The notes below the pieces were generated by a model, which searched no databases, was not told the DNA's origin, and was given only the letters and a program-made list of their open reading frames with translations. From a virus (lineage: Duplodnaviria > Caudoviricetes): 47,110 nt of DNA. The stretch is from positions 1 to 47,110 of IMG/VR virus record IMGVR_UViG_3300044478_000074, one strand, 5' to 3'. Within the stretch, counting starts at the first letter, position 1. Each line of letters opens with the position of its first letter. The position numbers and the translations under genes were made by a program. Below are positions 7,618 to 16,339 of this stretch, piece by piece.

Positions 7618-8532
7618 ATGCCTTCGCCCTTCGCCTTTCCCGCTTTCATCGACAACACAATGCGGGCAGCGTTCGTATCCTGCCCCAAGAAGTTCTGGTG
7701 GAGCTTCGTGCATAACCTCATGCCCATGCGAGCGAACACACATCTGATCGCGGGCGGCGCTTTCGCCAAGGGCCTTGAGGTCGCGCGGAAAGCCTTTTAC
7801 ATTTCCGGCGCGGGCGAGGAAACCGCCACGGCTCTTGGCCTCGAAGCCCTACTCAAGGCCTACGGCGCGCACGAGCCTATGACCACCGGGACGGAGGCGA
7901 ACAAAACCGCCTCGCGCATGGCTGAGGCCCTCATCTCCTACCTCACCCGTTATCCGCTCGAAACCGACACACTCCGCCCCGCCATCTTTCCCTCCGGGCC
8001 AGCCATTGAATTCACCTTCATGCTCCCGCTCCCCAACGTGAAGCATCCGGAGAGCGGAGACCCCTTGCTTTACTGCGGCCGGTTCGATATGCTCGCTCGG
8101 CGCGGGGAGGATTTTTGGGTCGAGGATGAAAAGACCACCGTCTCGCTCGGAAGCCAATGGATGAAAACGTGGGAGTTGGACTCGCAAATGACCGGCTACT
8201 GCTGGGCCTCCCGCGAATACGGAGTGCCAGTCCTCGGCGCTATCATTCGCGGGATCGGCATACTGAAAACTGAGATCAATCACGTCGAGGTGCCCGTATA
8301 CCGTCCCGAGTGGATGGTGAATCGCTGGCTCGAGCAGGTTCAGCGCGATGCCGAGCGTATGATTGAGAGCTGGAAGAATGACACCTGGGACATGAACCTC
8401 GGCCATGCCTGCAGCAACTACGGCGGCTGTCCGTTTGCCGAGCTGTGTCTCTCCCCCACACCTGACCGTTGGATCGAGGGGCGGTTCGAGCCTCGGAATT
8501 GGGATCCCCTTGCAATTAAACCAGAAGGCTAA
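7618..8532 (+). CDS. PD-(D/E)XK exonuclease, Cas4/RecB-like
   Basis: GRFD...DEKT...QxxxY motifs; N-terminal CP and C-terminal C..C..C (Fe-S-type). Confidence 0.85.
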   Translation: MPSPFAFPAFIDNTMRAAFVSCPKKFWWSFVHNLMPMRANTHLIAGGAFAKGLEVARKAFYISGAGEETATALGLEALLKAYGAHEPMTTGTEANKTASRMAEALISYLTRYPLETDTLRPAIFPSGPAIEFTFMLPLPNVKHPESGDPLLYCGRFDMLARRGEDFWVEDEKTTVSLGSQWMKTWELDSQMTGYCWASREYGVPVLGAIIRGIGILKTEINHVEVPVYRPEWMVNRWLEQVQRDAERMIESWKNDTWDMNLGHACSNYGGCPFAELCLSPTPDRWIEGRFEPRNWDPLAIKPEG

Positions 8533-8855
8533 TGCGCGTCAGTTGGTATCTCAACGACCGCCTTTTCGCCGTGAGCGAGATGCCGGACAGCAGCCGCGTT
8601 CGCGGTCTCTGGCGTACACCCTGCTCCGTTGCGTTTTTCTGTCCGCGCTGCGGCAACATCTGGGCGCGCTTCGTCGCGGGGCCGGACTGGGAAGTGGATC
8701 ACCACAAGTGCCGAGATTGTCAGCGTCCCGACGAGCCTACGTATTCCGTCTTCGACGTGCCGGGCAGCCTCTTGCGCGAGTGGGACGCGGAATATACCGC
8801 CGCCCTGCCGCACACCGTGCTGAAAAGAGAAGCAGAGTTACTCGCAGTCCGTTAA
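8532..8855 (+). CDS. Zn-finger protein
   Basis: CPRC...CRDC; TAATG coupling to the nuclease gene. Confidence 0.7.
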   Translation: MRVSWYLNDRLFAVSEMPDSSRVRGLWRTPCSVAFFCPRCGNIWARFVAGPDWEVDHHKCRDCQRPDEPTYSVFDVPGSLLREWDAEYTAALPHTVLKREAELLAVR

Positions 8856-8884
8856 TAAACGCCTAACATCAAAGGAGCTTCGCC

Positions 8885-9691
8885 ATGCCTTACACCGCGC
8901 CTTATCCCAAAATCCTTCTCCTCGGCAGCACCGGGACGGGCAAGACCTATTCCATCCGCACCCTTGTCACCGCCGGCCTGACGCCGCTCGTTATCTTCAC
9001 CGAGCCGGGCATGGAGGTCCTTTCCGACATTCCCTGCCCGAAGCTGCATTACCATTACGTCCCGCCCATGACTCTCTCCTGGGCTGACATGGCCGACAAC
9101 GTGAGGAAGGTTAATACGCTGAGCTTCGAACAGCTGACGAAACTCAGCGACCCGAAGCGCAACACCTACACCGAAATGCAGGATTTCGTCGGCAGCATGG
9201 GGAACTTCACCTGCGATCGGTGCGGCGAGAAACTTGGCGCCATCGACGCGCTGGACCCAACGCGCTTCGCCGTGGTCAACGACAGCCTCTCCGGCATCAA
9301 CCTCATGGCCATGAACACAGTGGTTGGCGGAAAGCCGCTGAAGAATCAGGGCGAATGGGGTCTGGCGATGGACCTCGTGGAGAAATACGTCAACCTCTTC
9401 ACAACCGGCTTGCCCTGCCTCGGCGTCATCATAGCGCACATCGAGCGCGAAACGGACGAGATCACGGGCGGGAGCGCGGTGATGGTCAGCACGCTCGGGC
9501 GCAAGCTCGCCCCGCGCCTCCCTCGCTTCTTCTCCGACGTGATTCAGGCGAAGCGGGACGGCGCGAAGTTTACCTGGAGCACCGCCACGTTCAACGTAGA
9601 TTTAAAGGCCCGCAATCTGCCTATCGCCGACAACCTCCCGCCCGACTTCGGGCCGCTGCTGGCCGCCTTTCGCCTCCGGAGTGCAAAATGA
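8885..9691 (+). CDS. AAA ATPase (Sak4/AAA_24-like)
   Basis: Walker A GSTGTGKT, Walker B VVNDS, IIAH motif; lies between nuclease and SSB-like gene. Confidence 0.8.
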   Translation: MPYTAPYPKILLLGSTGTGKTYSIRTLVTAGLTPLVIFTEPGMEVLSDIPCPKLHYHYVPPMTLSWADMADNVRKVNTLSFEQLTKLSDPKRNTYTEMQDFVGSMGNFTCDRCGEKLGAIDALDPTRFAVVNDSLSGINLMAMNTVVGGKPLKNQGEWGLAMDLVEKYVNLFTTGLPCLGVIIAHIERETDEITGGSAVMVSTLGRKLAPRLPRFFSDVIQAKRDGAKFTWSTATFNVDLKARNLPIADNLPPDFGPLLAAFRLRSAK

Positions 9692-9888
9692 CCCGCGACC
9701 AACTCCTCTATGCCCAAATGGGCAGTTACGTAGCACAAGGGCTGAAATGCCATGACGCCCTTCTGCGCGCAGAGCAATACATTAGCGCCCTCGAATTCGT
9801 GGCGGAGGCAGCTGCAAAGCTGGCCGCCCGGGACGGAGGCGTTAATGCAACCGCCGGAAACGGAACCCGTCAGCTTCCGCAACCTTAG
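9688..9888 (+). CDS. Hypothetical protein (66 aa)
   Basis: ATGA coupling; GGAG upstream. Confidence 0.5.
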   Translation: MTRDQLLYAQMGSYVAQGLKCHDALLRAEQYISALEFVAEAAAKLAARDGGVNATAGNGTRQLPQP

Positions 9889-9904
9889 TAAAGGAACCGC
9901 AAAC

Positions 9905-10372
9905 ATGAGCAACTTTGATTCTCAATCCTTCCTCAACACGCAACGTGAAGGGGGCTTCTCCACCGAGTACCCGGTGGTGCCGGATGACGAATACGTCGCC
10001 TTCATCCGGCGGCCCAAAGAGGGCGGCAAGCCCACCGTGAACGTCCGCAGCCTCGACTCCGGCCAGCTGGTGATGGACCTGAACTGGACCATCGAGGACG
10101 AGAAGGCGAAGGCGGCTACGGGCATGGGCGTCGCCTACGGGCGGCAGAGCGTCTGGCTCGACGTCTCCGCGGACGGCACTTCGCTCGAGCGGGGCAAGGG
10201 CAAGAACGTGCAGCTCGGCCTCCTGCTGGACGCGATGGGCCTGAACGACGGGCGGCCTATCGACTTCGGCAACATGCTCTACGATCGCCCCTGCAAGGTC
10301 CGTACCAAGTCCCGCGTGGACGATAGCACGGGCAAGACGTATGTTGACGTCAAGGGCGTTGCGAAGCTGTAA
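9905..10372 (+). CDS. Putative single-stranded DNA-binding protein
   Basis: AAGGA SD; beta-rich OB-like pattern; position after Sak4-like ATPase; lacks an acidic tail. Confidence 0.6.
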   Translation: MSNFDSQSFLNTQREGGFSTEYPVVPDDEYVAFIRRPKEGGKPTVNVRSLDSGQLVMDLNWTIEDEKAKAATGMGVAYGRQSVWLDVSADGTSLERGKGKNVQLGLLLDAMGLNDGRPIDFGNMLYDRPCKVRTKSRVDDSTGKTYVDVKGVAKL

Positions 10373-10380
10373 GTAATATC

Positions 10381-10416
10381 GCCGGGGGGAGATGCATCAT
10401 CTCTCCTCGGCATTTT
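10381..10416 (+). terminator. Intrinsic terminator/attenuator
   Basis: GCCGGGGGGAGATG / CATCTCTCCTCGGC hairpin then ATTTT. Confidence 0.7.
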
Positions 10417-10417
10417 C

Positions 10418-11737
10418 TTGGAGCCAATCATGATCCTACACCTCGTCCCCCTCACGGCAATTGTCATTGGCGAGAACCGCCAGCGCCGGGAGTTCAAGCC
10501 CGAACGCCTCACCGAGCTGGCCAATGACATCTGCAGCAACGGCCTCATTCATCCCCTTGCCGTCCGCGCGAATGGCGCTGACGACTCCGTCCGGCTTGTC
10601 GCGGGCGAGCGGCGGTTGCGGGCGATACAGCAACTCATCGAACAGCAGCGCACCTTCTCCTGCAACGGCGCGCTCATCCCTCCCGGCATGGTGCCCTGCA
10701 CGCATTTGGGCGAGATGACGGAACTCGAGGCGCGCGAGGCGGAGCTGAGCGAAAACATCATCCGCCTCGACCTTACCTGGCAGGAACGGGCGAAAGCGGA
10801 GGCGGACCTCCACGCACTGCGGCAGGAACGCAATCCAGCACAAACTATCACAGCTACGGCGAGTGAGATACTGGGCGCCCCCGCCGCGGGCTCGCAAATC
10901 GCTGGCGTTTCGCAAAGCATCGTGCTGAGCAAGTATCTCGACGACCCCGACATTGCGAAGGCGAAGAGCAAAGACGAGGCAATGAAGGTGTTGAGAAAAA
11001 AAGCTGAGGCCGGAAAGCGGGCGGAGCTAGCGTTTGCCTTCGACCGGGCCTCGTCGCCACACACCTTCGAACTGTGCAGTTGTTACGATTACATCAACGG
11101 CATCACGCATGGCAGCGTTGACGTCATCATTACCGACCCGCCTTACGGCATTGACGCTGACGCCTTCGGCTCCCAGGCACAAGCCACGCACACCTACGCC
11201 GATGACGAGGAGGCCTTCTTCCGGGCGGTGAGGATGCTGAGCACCCAGGGCATGATCATTACTAAGCCCGCTGCACACCTCTACATGTTCTGCGACTACC
11301 GCCACTTCGAGCGGGCGAAGCTCGAGTTGGCCCTCGCCGGTTGGTGGGTATGGCCCCGCCCGCTCATCTGGGATAAGGGCAACGGCATGCTGCCGTATCC
11401 GGAGCTGGGCCCGCGCAACTGCTACGAAACTATCCTCTACGCGGTGAAGGGAAAGCGGCCGGTGATATATCAGGGCCAGTCCGACGTTCTGCGTATTCCA
11501 GGCGTAGCCCGGCCGGAGCAGGGAGCACAGAAGCCCGCGCAGTTATATCTCGAGCTCCTTCACCGCAGCTGTTCGCCAGGCGACACCGTGTTCGATCCCT
11601 TCACCGGAACCGGGCCAGTTTTCGCCGCCGCGAACAGCCTCAGCCTCGTCGCCATCGGCTGCGAGATCGACGCCGAGCGATACAACTTTGCCCTCTCCCG
11701 GATCAATGAAAAGGTCAACTCCCTCGAGGCCCTATGA
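10418..11737 (+). CDS. ParB-like domain fused to N6/N4 DNA methyltransferase
   Basis: GLIHPLAV...VAGERRLRA...ENIIR (ParB); DPPY precedes FDPFTGTG (beta-class order). True start may be ATG 10429. Confidence 0.88.
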   Translation: MEPIMILHLVPLTAIVIGENRQRREFKPERLTELANDICSNGLIHPLAVRANGADDSVRLVAGERRLRAIQQLIEQQRTFSCNGALIPPGMVPCTHLGEMTELEAREAELSENIIRLDLTWQERAKAEADLHALRQERNPAQTITATASEILGAPAAGSQIAGVSQSIVLSKYLDDPDIAKAKSKDEAMKVLRKKAEAGKRAELAFAFDRASSPHTFELCSCYDYINGITHGSVDVIITDPPYGIDADAFGSQAQATHTYADDEEAFFRAVRMLSTQGMIITKPAAHLYMFCDYRHFERAKLELALAGWWVWPRPLIWDKGNGMLPYPELGPRNCYETILYAVKGKRPVIYQGQSDVLRIPGVARPEQGAQKPAQLYLELLHRSCSPGDTVFDPFTGTGPVFAAANSLSLVAIGCEIDAERYNFALSRINEKVNSLEAL

Positions 11738-12243
11738 CTCTCCACGACTTCGCCGTTTCGCTGATCAAACCCGTCCCTTACATCATCGACGTAGGGCCCG
11801 GCATTCAGCCGCAGGGCTTCTTCAAGCCGCTCGTGCATCTCTGCATCGAGCCGCATGAGGAATACGCCGCCTGGCTTATCGACCATCACTTTCCCGTAAT
11901 CGGAGCCGACCTTCTTCGCGTCTGCCACCTGTTCCCGCCCGGCTCCGTTGACACTATCTTCTTCATGGACGTCATCGAGCATATGCCTCGCCCGGACGGA
12001 GAGATTTGCATTGACTGGGCGATAAAGGCCGCCCGCAAACAGGTCGTCGTATTTGCCCCCCTTAGCTTCCACGAGCAGAGCTATGCCCCAGGGGCCAAGG
12101 ACGCTTGGGGCATGGACGGAACCTATTGGCAAACGCATCGCAGTGCGTGGGACCCTAACGACTTTCCACTTTTCACCTCCTGCGTCGACACCGACTTTCA
12201 CGGGCCTGGCAAGGGCGCCTTCTACGCAATTCTGACGAAATAG
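11734..12243 (+). CDS. Class I SAM-dependent methyltransferase-like protein
   Basis: IIDVGPG, CIEP, DVIEH motifs. Confidence 0.7.
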   Translation: MTLHDFAVSLIKPVPYIIDVGPGIQPQGFFKPLVHLCIEPHEEYAAWLIDHHFPVIGADLLRVCHLFPPGSVDTIFFMDVIEHMPRPDGEICIDWAIKAARKQVVVFAPLSFHEQSYAPGAKDAWGMDGTYWQTHRSAWDPNDFPLFTSCVDTDFHGPGKGAFYAILTK

Positions 12244-12255
12244 CCGGGAGCCACT

Positions 12256-14616
12256 ATGATTCCGGTTCCCGCAATTGGGCCTGTTCCGGCCCGTATCCTC
12301 ATTGTCGGCGAAGCGCCCGGGGCGGACGAAGAGTTGCGCCTCGAGCCTTTCGTCGGTCTGTCCGGGCAAGAGCTATCGCGTATGCTGCACGAGGCCGGGA
12401 TCGCCCGGACGGAGTGCCGCATTACAAACGTCTGCCTCGTCCGCCCGCCCGACAACGAGATTCTCCATTTCTTCAAGGACAAGAAGGGCTTCGTTCCGGG
12501 CGAGGAGATTGTCGCCGGGCAAAAGGCCCTCGAACTTGAGGTGTATAACACCAAGCCCCATGTCATCATCGCTATGGGCGACACCGCTCTGTGGGCCTGC
12601 GCCGGGAAGCGCGGGATAACGTCTTGGCGCGGGAGCACGTTGGAAAGCATCTGGGGAGTGAAGTGCATCCCCACCTATCATCCGGCCGCGATACTGCGCA
12701 TGTGGGAGTGGCGGGCGATCACCGTTCACGACCTTCGCCGGGCGGAGCGCGAGAGCCACTTTCCCGAGCTGACGTATCCATCCTGGCGCTTCCTAATCCG
12801 CCCCGACTTTTCGCAGGTCATGGCCACGCTCGACTTCCTCCTGCAACAGGCGAAGCTCGGCGCTCTTTCCCTTGCGGTCGACATAGAGACCCGCAATAAG
12901 CAGATCGCGTGTATTGGTATTGCCTGGAGCAAGTACGACGCGCTCTGCATCCCCATCCTTTGCACCGACAAGCCAGAGGGATACTGGGCGGAGGACGAGG
13001 AAATCGCCATCACCCTCCGCCTCCGCGACCTTCTCACCCATCCACACATCAGCGTGGTGGGGCAGAACTTCGCCTACGATGCCCAGTATTTTGCAAAAGA
13101 ATACGGATATATTCCCCACCTCGGCTTCGATACGATGGTGGCGCAGCACGTCGCTTTCGCCGGCTTGCCCAAGGCCTTGCATTTCCTCTCCAGCATGTAT
13201 TGCACCTTCCATCAGTATTGGAAGGACGAGGGAAAGAACTGGGACCCGAGGATGCCGGAGGAACGCCTTTGGGTGTATAACTGCCGCGACTGCGTAGCCA
13301 CATTCGAACTGCGCGATGAACTGTTCGAAACCCTCGAGGACCTCAATCTCCTCTCCGTCTTCCAGTTTCGCATGGCCCTTTGGCCGGCGGTCGTGCAGAT
13401 GATGCTGCGCGGAGTGCGGATCGATAAGGCCCGCCGCAACGAGATGGCCGGGACGCTGCTGAGCGAGATCGCCGCCCGCGAGGTATGGATCAACTCCGTC
13501 CTCGAACACCCGATCAACGTGCGCAGCCCAAAGCAGATGCAGACGTTGTTCTATACCGACTTCGGCTTCCGCCCCGTTTTCAATCGCAAGACGAAAACCG
13601 TCACCCTCAACGACGAGGCGCTGGAGAAACTTGTCAAGCAGGACCCGTGTCTCCGCCCGCTCGTTCGCAACATTCAGGAACTCCGATCCCTCGGCGTATT
13701 CCTTTCCACCTTTGTGCAGGCCGAACTCGACACCGACGGACGGATGCGGTGCAGCTTCAATATCGCCGGCCCGGAGACGTACCGTTTCAGCTCGAGCGAG
13801 AATGCCTTCGGCAGCGGGACAAACCTGCAGAACATTCCGAAAGGGGATGAGGACAAGGACGGACTCAATCCCGCCGCGCTTCGCCTCCCGAACATTCGCA
13901 AGCTATTCATCCCCGACGCCGGACACATTATTGCTGACGTCGATCTGTCCGGAGCGGACGCGCAAGTCGTTGCATGGGAGGCCGAGGATGAATACCTCAA
14001 GTCCATCTTCCGATCTGGAGCAAAGCTGCACGCTGTTAACGCAAAAGATATTTTCGGAAATGATGCCGGGGCTGATGGACGTCGCGAGCCGTATTACTCC
14101 CGAGCAAAGATGGGAGTTCACGCTACCAACTACGGCGCATCTGCGCGGCGTATCGCAGAAGCTCTCGGAATTACTGTTCACGAAGCTGAGCGCTTTCAAT
14201 CTCGATGGTTTAACCTGCATCCAGGTATTCGCGAGTGGCACCGCCACGTTGCGAATCTTCTTGCGACCAAACGAGAGGTCCGTAACAAATTTGGCTACCG
14301 TCGTTTTTACTTCGAGAGAATAGAGGGGCTGCTGCCGGAAGCCCTGGCATGGATACCGCAAAGCACCGTCGCGCACGTGAGCGAGGCGGGATTACTCAAC
14401 GTATATCGCAACCAGCCCGACGTGCATAACCTGCTTCAAGTGCATGACTCCATTGTCATTCAATACCTTCCCGCCCGCGAAACCGAGACACTCCGCGCCC
14501 TCCGTCAGAACCTTCTCATCCCCGTCCCTTACTCCGACCCCCTTATCATTCAGTGTGGTCTCAAGACCTCCGCCCGGTCCTGGGGCGAGTGCGAAGATAA
14601 AGAATGGCCTAATTAA
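12256..14616 (+). CDS. polA: DNA polymerase A with N-terminal uracil-DNA glycosylase-like domain
   Basis: GEAPG..E...PFVG.SG and YHPAA (family 4 UDG); Exo I-III DIET, NFAYD, YNCRD; motifs A DLSGAD, B KMGVHATNYG, C VHDS. Confidence 0.93.
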   Translation: MIPVPAIGPVPARILIVGEAPGADEELRLEPFVGLSGQELSRMLHEAGIARTECRITNVCLVRPPDNEILHFFKDKKGFVPGEEIVAGQKALELEVYNTKPHVIIAMGDTALWACAGKRGITSWRGSTLESIWGVKCIPTYHPAAILRMWEWRAITVHDLRRAERESHFPELTYPSWRFLIRPDFSQVMATLDFLLQQAKLGALSLAVDIETRNKQIACIGIAWSKYDALCIPILCTDKPEGYWAEDEEIAITLRLRDLLTHPHISVVGQNFAYDAQYFAKEYGYIPHLGFDTMVAQHVAFAGLPKALHFLSSMYCTFHQYWKDEGKNWDPRMPEERLWVYNCRDCVATFELRDELFETLEDLNLLSVFQFRMALWPAVVQMMLRGVRIDKARRNEMAGTLLSEIAAREVWINSVLEHPINVRSPKQMQTLFYTDFGFRPVFNRKTKTVTLNDEALEKLVKQDPCLRPLVRNIQELRSLGVFLSTFVQAELDTDGRMRCSFNIAGPETYRFSSSENAFGSGTNLQNIPKGDEDKDGLNPAALRLPNIRKLFIPDAGHIIADVDLSGADAQVVAWEAEDEYLKSIFRSGAKLHAVNAKDIFGNDAGADGRREPYYSRAKMGVHATNYGASARRIAEALGITVHEAERFQSRWFNLHPGIREWHRHVANLLATKREVRNKFGYRRFYFERIEGLLPEALAWIPQSTVAHVSEAGLLNVYRNQPDVHNLLQVHDSIVIQYLPARETETLRALRQNLLIPVPYSDPLIIQCGLKTSARSWGECEDKEWPN
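13988..14323 (+). CDS. Putative overprinted gene in +1 frame of polA (111 aa)
   Basis: GGAGG 6 nt before ATG; polA third positions switch to T/A over this span. Confidence 0.5.
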   Translation: MNTSSPSSDLEQSCTLLTQKIFSEMMPGLMDVASRITPEQRWEFTLPTTAHLRGVSQKLSELLFTKLSAFNLDGLTCIQVFASGTATLRIFLRPNERSVTNLATVVFTSRE

Positions 14617-14631
14617 CTCTGGGAGATTCTC

Positions 14632-14898
14632 ATGCCTGAACTCGACGTAAGCACATTTTCCGAGCGGGAACGCGATATGCTCAGCGGCCTTGCCGAACTG
14701 ACCGGAAGGATATTTTGGCTCCTTGACAAGCATAACCTCTGGCCCGAGGGCACATACACCTTCCCGGACGGAGATACGTGGACGAAGGAGGAATATCAAC
14801 GCTACCTTGTCTCCATCCGGGCGAAGCAGGCGGGCGATTTGCTCCAGGCGAAGATAGACAGGGAGGCAAAGGTGATTGGGGATGGTAACACTCCGTAA
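14632..14898 (+). CDS. Hypothetical protein (88 aa)
   Basis: GGAG SD; fills the gap between polA and the ATPase. Confidence 0.7.
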   Translation: MPELDVSTFSERERDMLSGLAELTGRIFWLLDKHNLWPEGTYTFPDGDTWTKEEYQRYLVSIRAKQAGDLLQAKIDREAKVIGDGNTP

Positions 14899-14908
14899 CC
14901 GTCCCCAA
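14876..14908. promoter_or_regulatory. 33-bp dyad motif, copy 2
   Basis: TTGGGGATGGTAAC-actcc-GTAACCGTCCCCAA abutting the ATG at 14908. Confidence 0.75.
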
Positions 14909-16110
14909 TGCCCACCCGCTATTACGCCGACTGGCTGAAGGCGTTTCTCGACTACGCCAGCTTCGGGGAGGCACCTATGTCCATGCTATTCTGGACAGGT
15001 GTCTCTACGGTCGCTGGTGCCCTGCGGCGTCGCGTCTGGCTGGACATGAAATACTTCCAGTGGGTGCCGAACTTCTACGTTGTCATGGTCGCTCCGCCCG
15101 GCATCGTCAGTAAGTCCACCACCGCGAATATCGGCATGAACCTGCTGCGCCGCGTCGAGGGCGTGCACTTTGGCCCAGACGTTGTCACCTGGCAAGCGCT
15201 CGTCGGCGCCCTCGCTGCCAGCACGGAGATGGCGCACTGGCCCGCGCGGCAGCAATTCCTCCCCATGTCTTGCATCACCGTCGCAAGTGATGAATTCGGC
15301 ACCTTCCTCAATCCGAATGACCGAGAGATGGTAGACGTGCTCGTCTCGCTGTGGGACGGAAAGCGCGGGACATTCAACAAGGTGACGAAGATGTCCGGAA
15401 ATGACTCGATTGTCAACCCCTGGATAAATATCATCGCCTGCACCACGCCCGAGTGGATTAGCGGGAACTTCCCGCGATACATGATCGGCGGCGGCTTCAC
15501 CTCCCGCTGCGTCTTCGTCTTTACCGACGTGAAGCGGCAAGAGATCGCCTATCCTGACGAGTGCGTTCCGCCCGATCACGAGGAGACGAAACAGAAACTC
15601 ATTCACGACCTGGAATGTATCTCCATGCTGATAGGTGAATATGCGATAGATCCAATCGCCCGGGACTGGGGCCGAGCCTGGTATAGGGAGCACTGGCGCA
15701 ACCCACCGCAGGACTTACAAACGGACGAGCTGGGCGGCTACCTCGCACGAAAGCAGACACACATGCACAAACTGGCGATGGTCCTCGCGGCGGCGAAAGG
15801 GGACGATCTTGTCATCCGCCTCGAGCATTTAGAATACGCCAGCCGTGTCATCACGGCGCTGGAAAGTGATATGCCCAAGGTGTTCGCCCGGATCGGCCAG
15901 AACGACCTTACCCGGGCGGCAAGCGATATCGTCAGCATCGTTGAGCGAGTCGGCGTTATCTCCCTCAACAACCTCTACAGCCTGCTGTTCAAGAACACGG
16001 ACTTTAAGAGTTTCGAGCTCGCGTTGAACAGCGCAGTGTTTGCCCGCCAAGTCTCCCGGCAGCAAGAAGGGAATGAGATAATGATTCGAAGGGTGAAGAA
16101 AGATGGATGA
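14908..16110 (+). CDS. DUF3987-like P-loop ATPase (putative replicative helicase)
   Basis: PNFYVVMVAPPGIVSKST, SDEFG, LWDG, GGFTSR. Confidence 0.7.
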   Translation: MPTRYYADWLKAFLDYASFGEAPMSMLFWTGVSTVAGALRRRVWLDMKYFQWVPNFYVVMVAPPGIVSKSTTANIGMNLLRRVEGVHFGPDVVTWQALVGALAASTEMAHWPARQQFLPMSCITVASDEFGTFLNPNDREMVDVLVSLWDGKRGTFNKVTKMSGNDSIVNPWINIIACTTPEWISGNFPRYMIGGGFTSRCVFVFTDVKRQEIAYPDECVPPDHEETKQKLIHDLECISMLIGEYAIDPIARDWGRAWYREHWRNPPQDLQTDELGGYLARKQTHMHKLAMVLAAAKGDDLVIRLEHLEYASRVITALESDMPKVFARIGQNDLTRAASDIVSIVERVGVISLNNLYSLLFKNTDFKSFELALNSAVFARQVSRQQEGNEIMIRRVKKDG

Positions 16111-16339
16111 CCTGACCCGCTGTATCCGCAAGCAAGGTTTCTGCTGCCCTTGGGCGTATTTCTACTCCAATCGCAAACGCCGCACGCTCGACATTACAGC
16201 AGAACTGGGCGTTGACTGGTCGACGGTGAGACGGTGGCGGCGCGAGTTCCGCGCGGGCAAGCACCTTTGCCGGACTCGCGGGGCGAAGTGCCTGCTCATT
16301 CTTCCTCCTCCTCCTCCGCCGGCTCGAAAGACTCGCTGA
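16103..16339 (+). CDS. Small HTH protein
   Basis: TLDITAELGVDWSTVRRWR; overlaps the 3' end of the convergent late operon. Confidence 0.6.
   Translation: MDDLTRCIRKQGFCCPWAYFYSNRKRRTLDITAELGVDWSTVRRWRREFRAGKHLCRTRGAKCLLILPPPPPPARKTR

Noticed and set aside
7618-8532. Cas4 as evidence of a CRISPR-Cas locus
   Set aside because: No cas1/cas2 or array; context is a phage recombination module.
11734-14616. Z-base or deazaguanine DNA pathway
   Set aside because: No purZ, dATPase or queuosine-pathway genes recognised.
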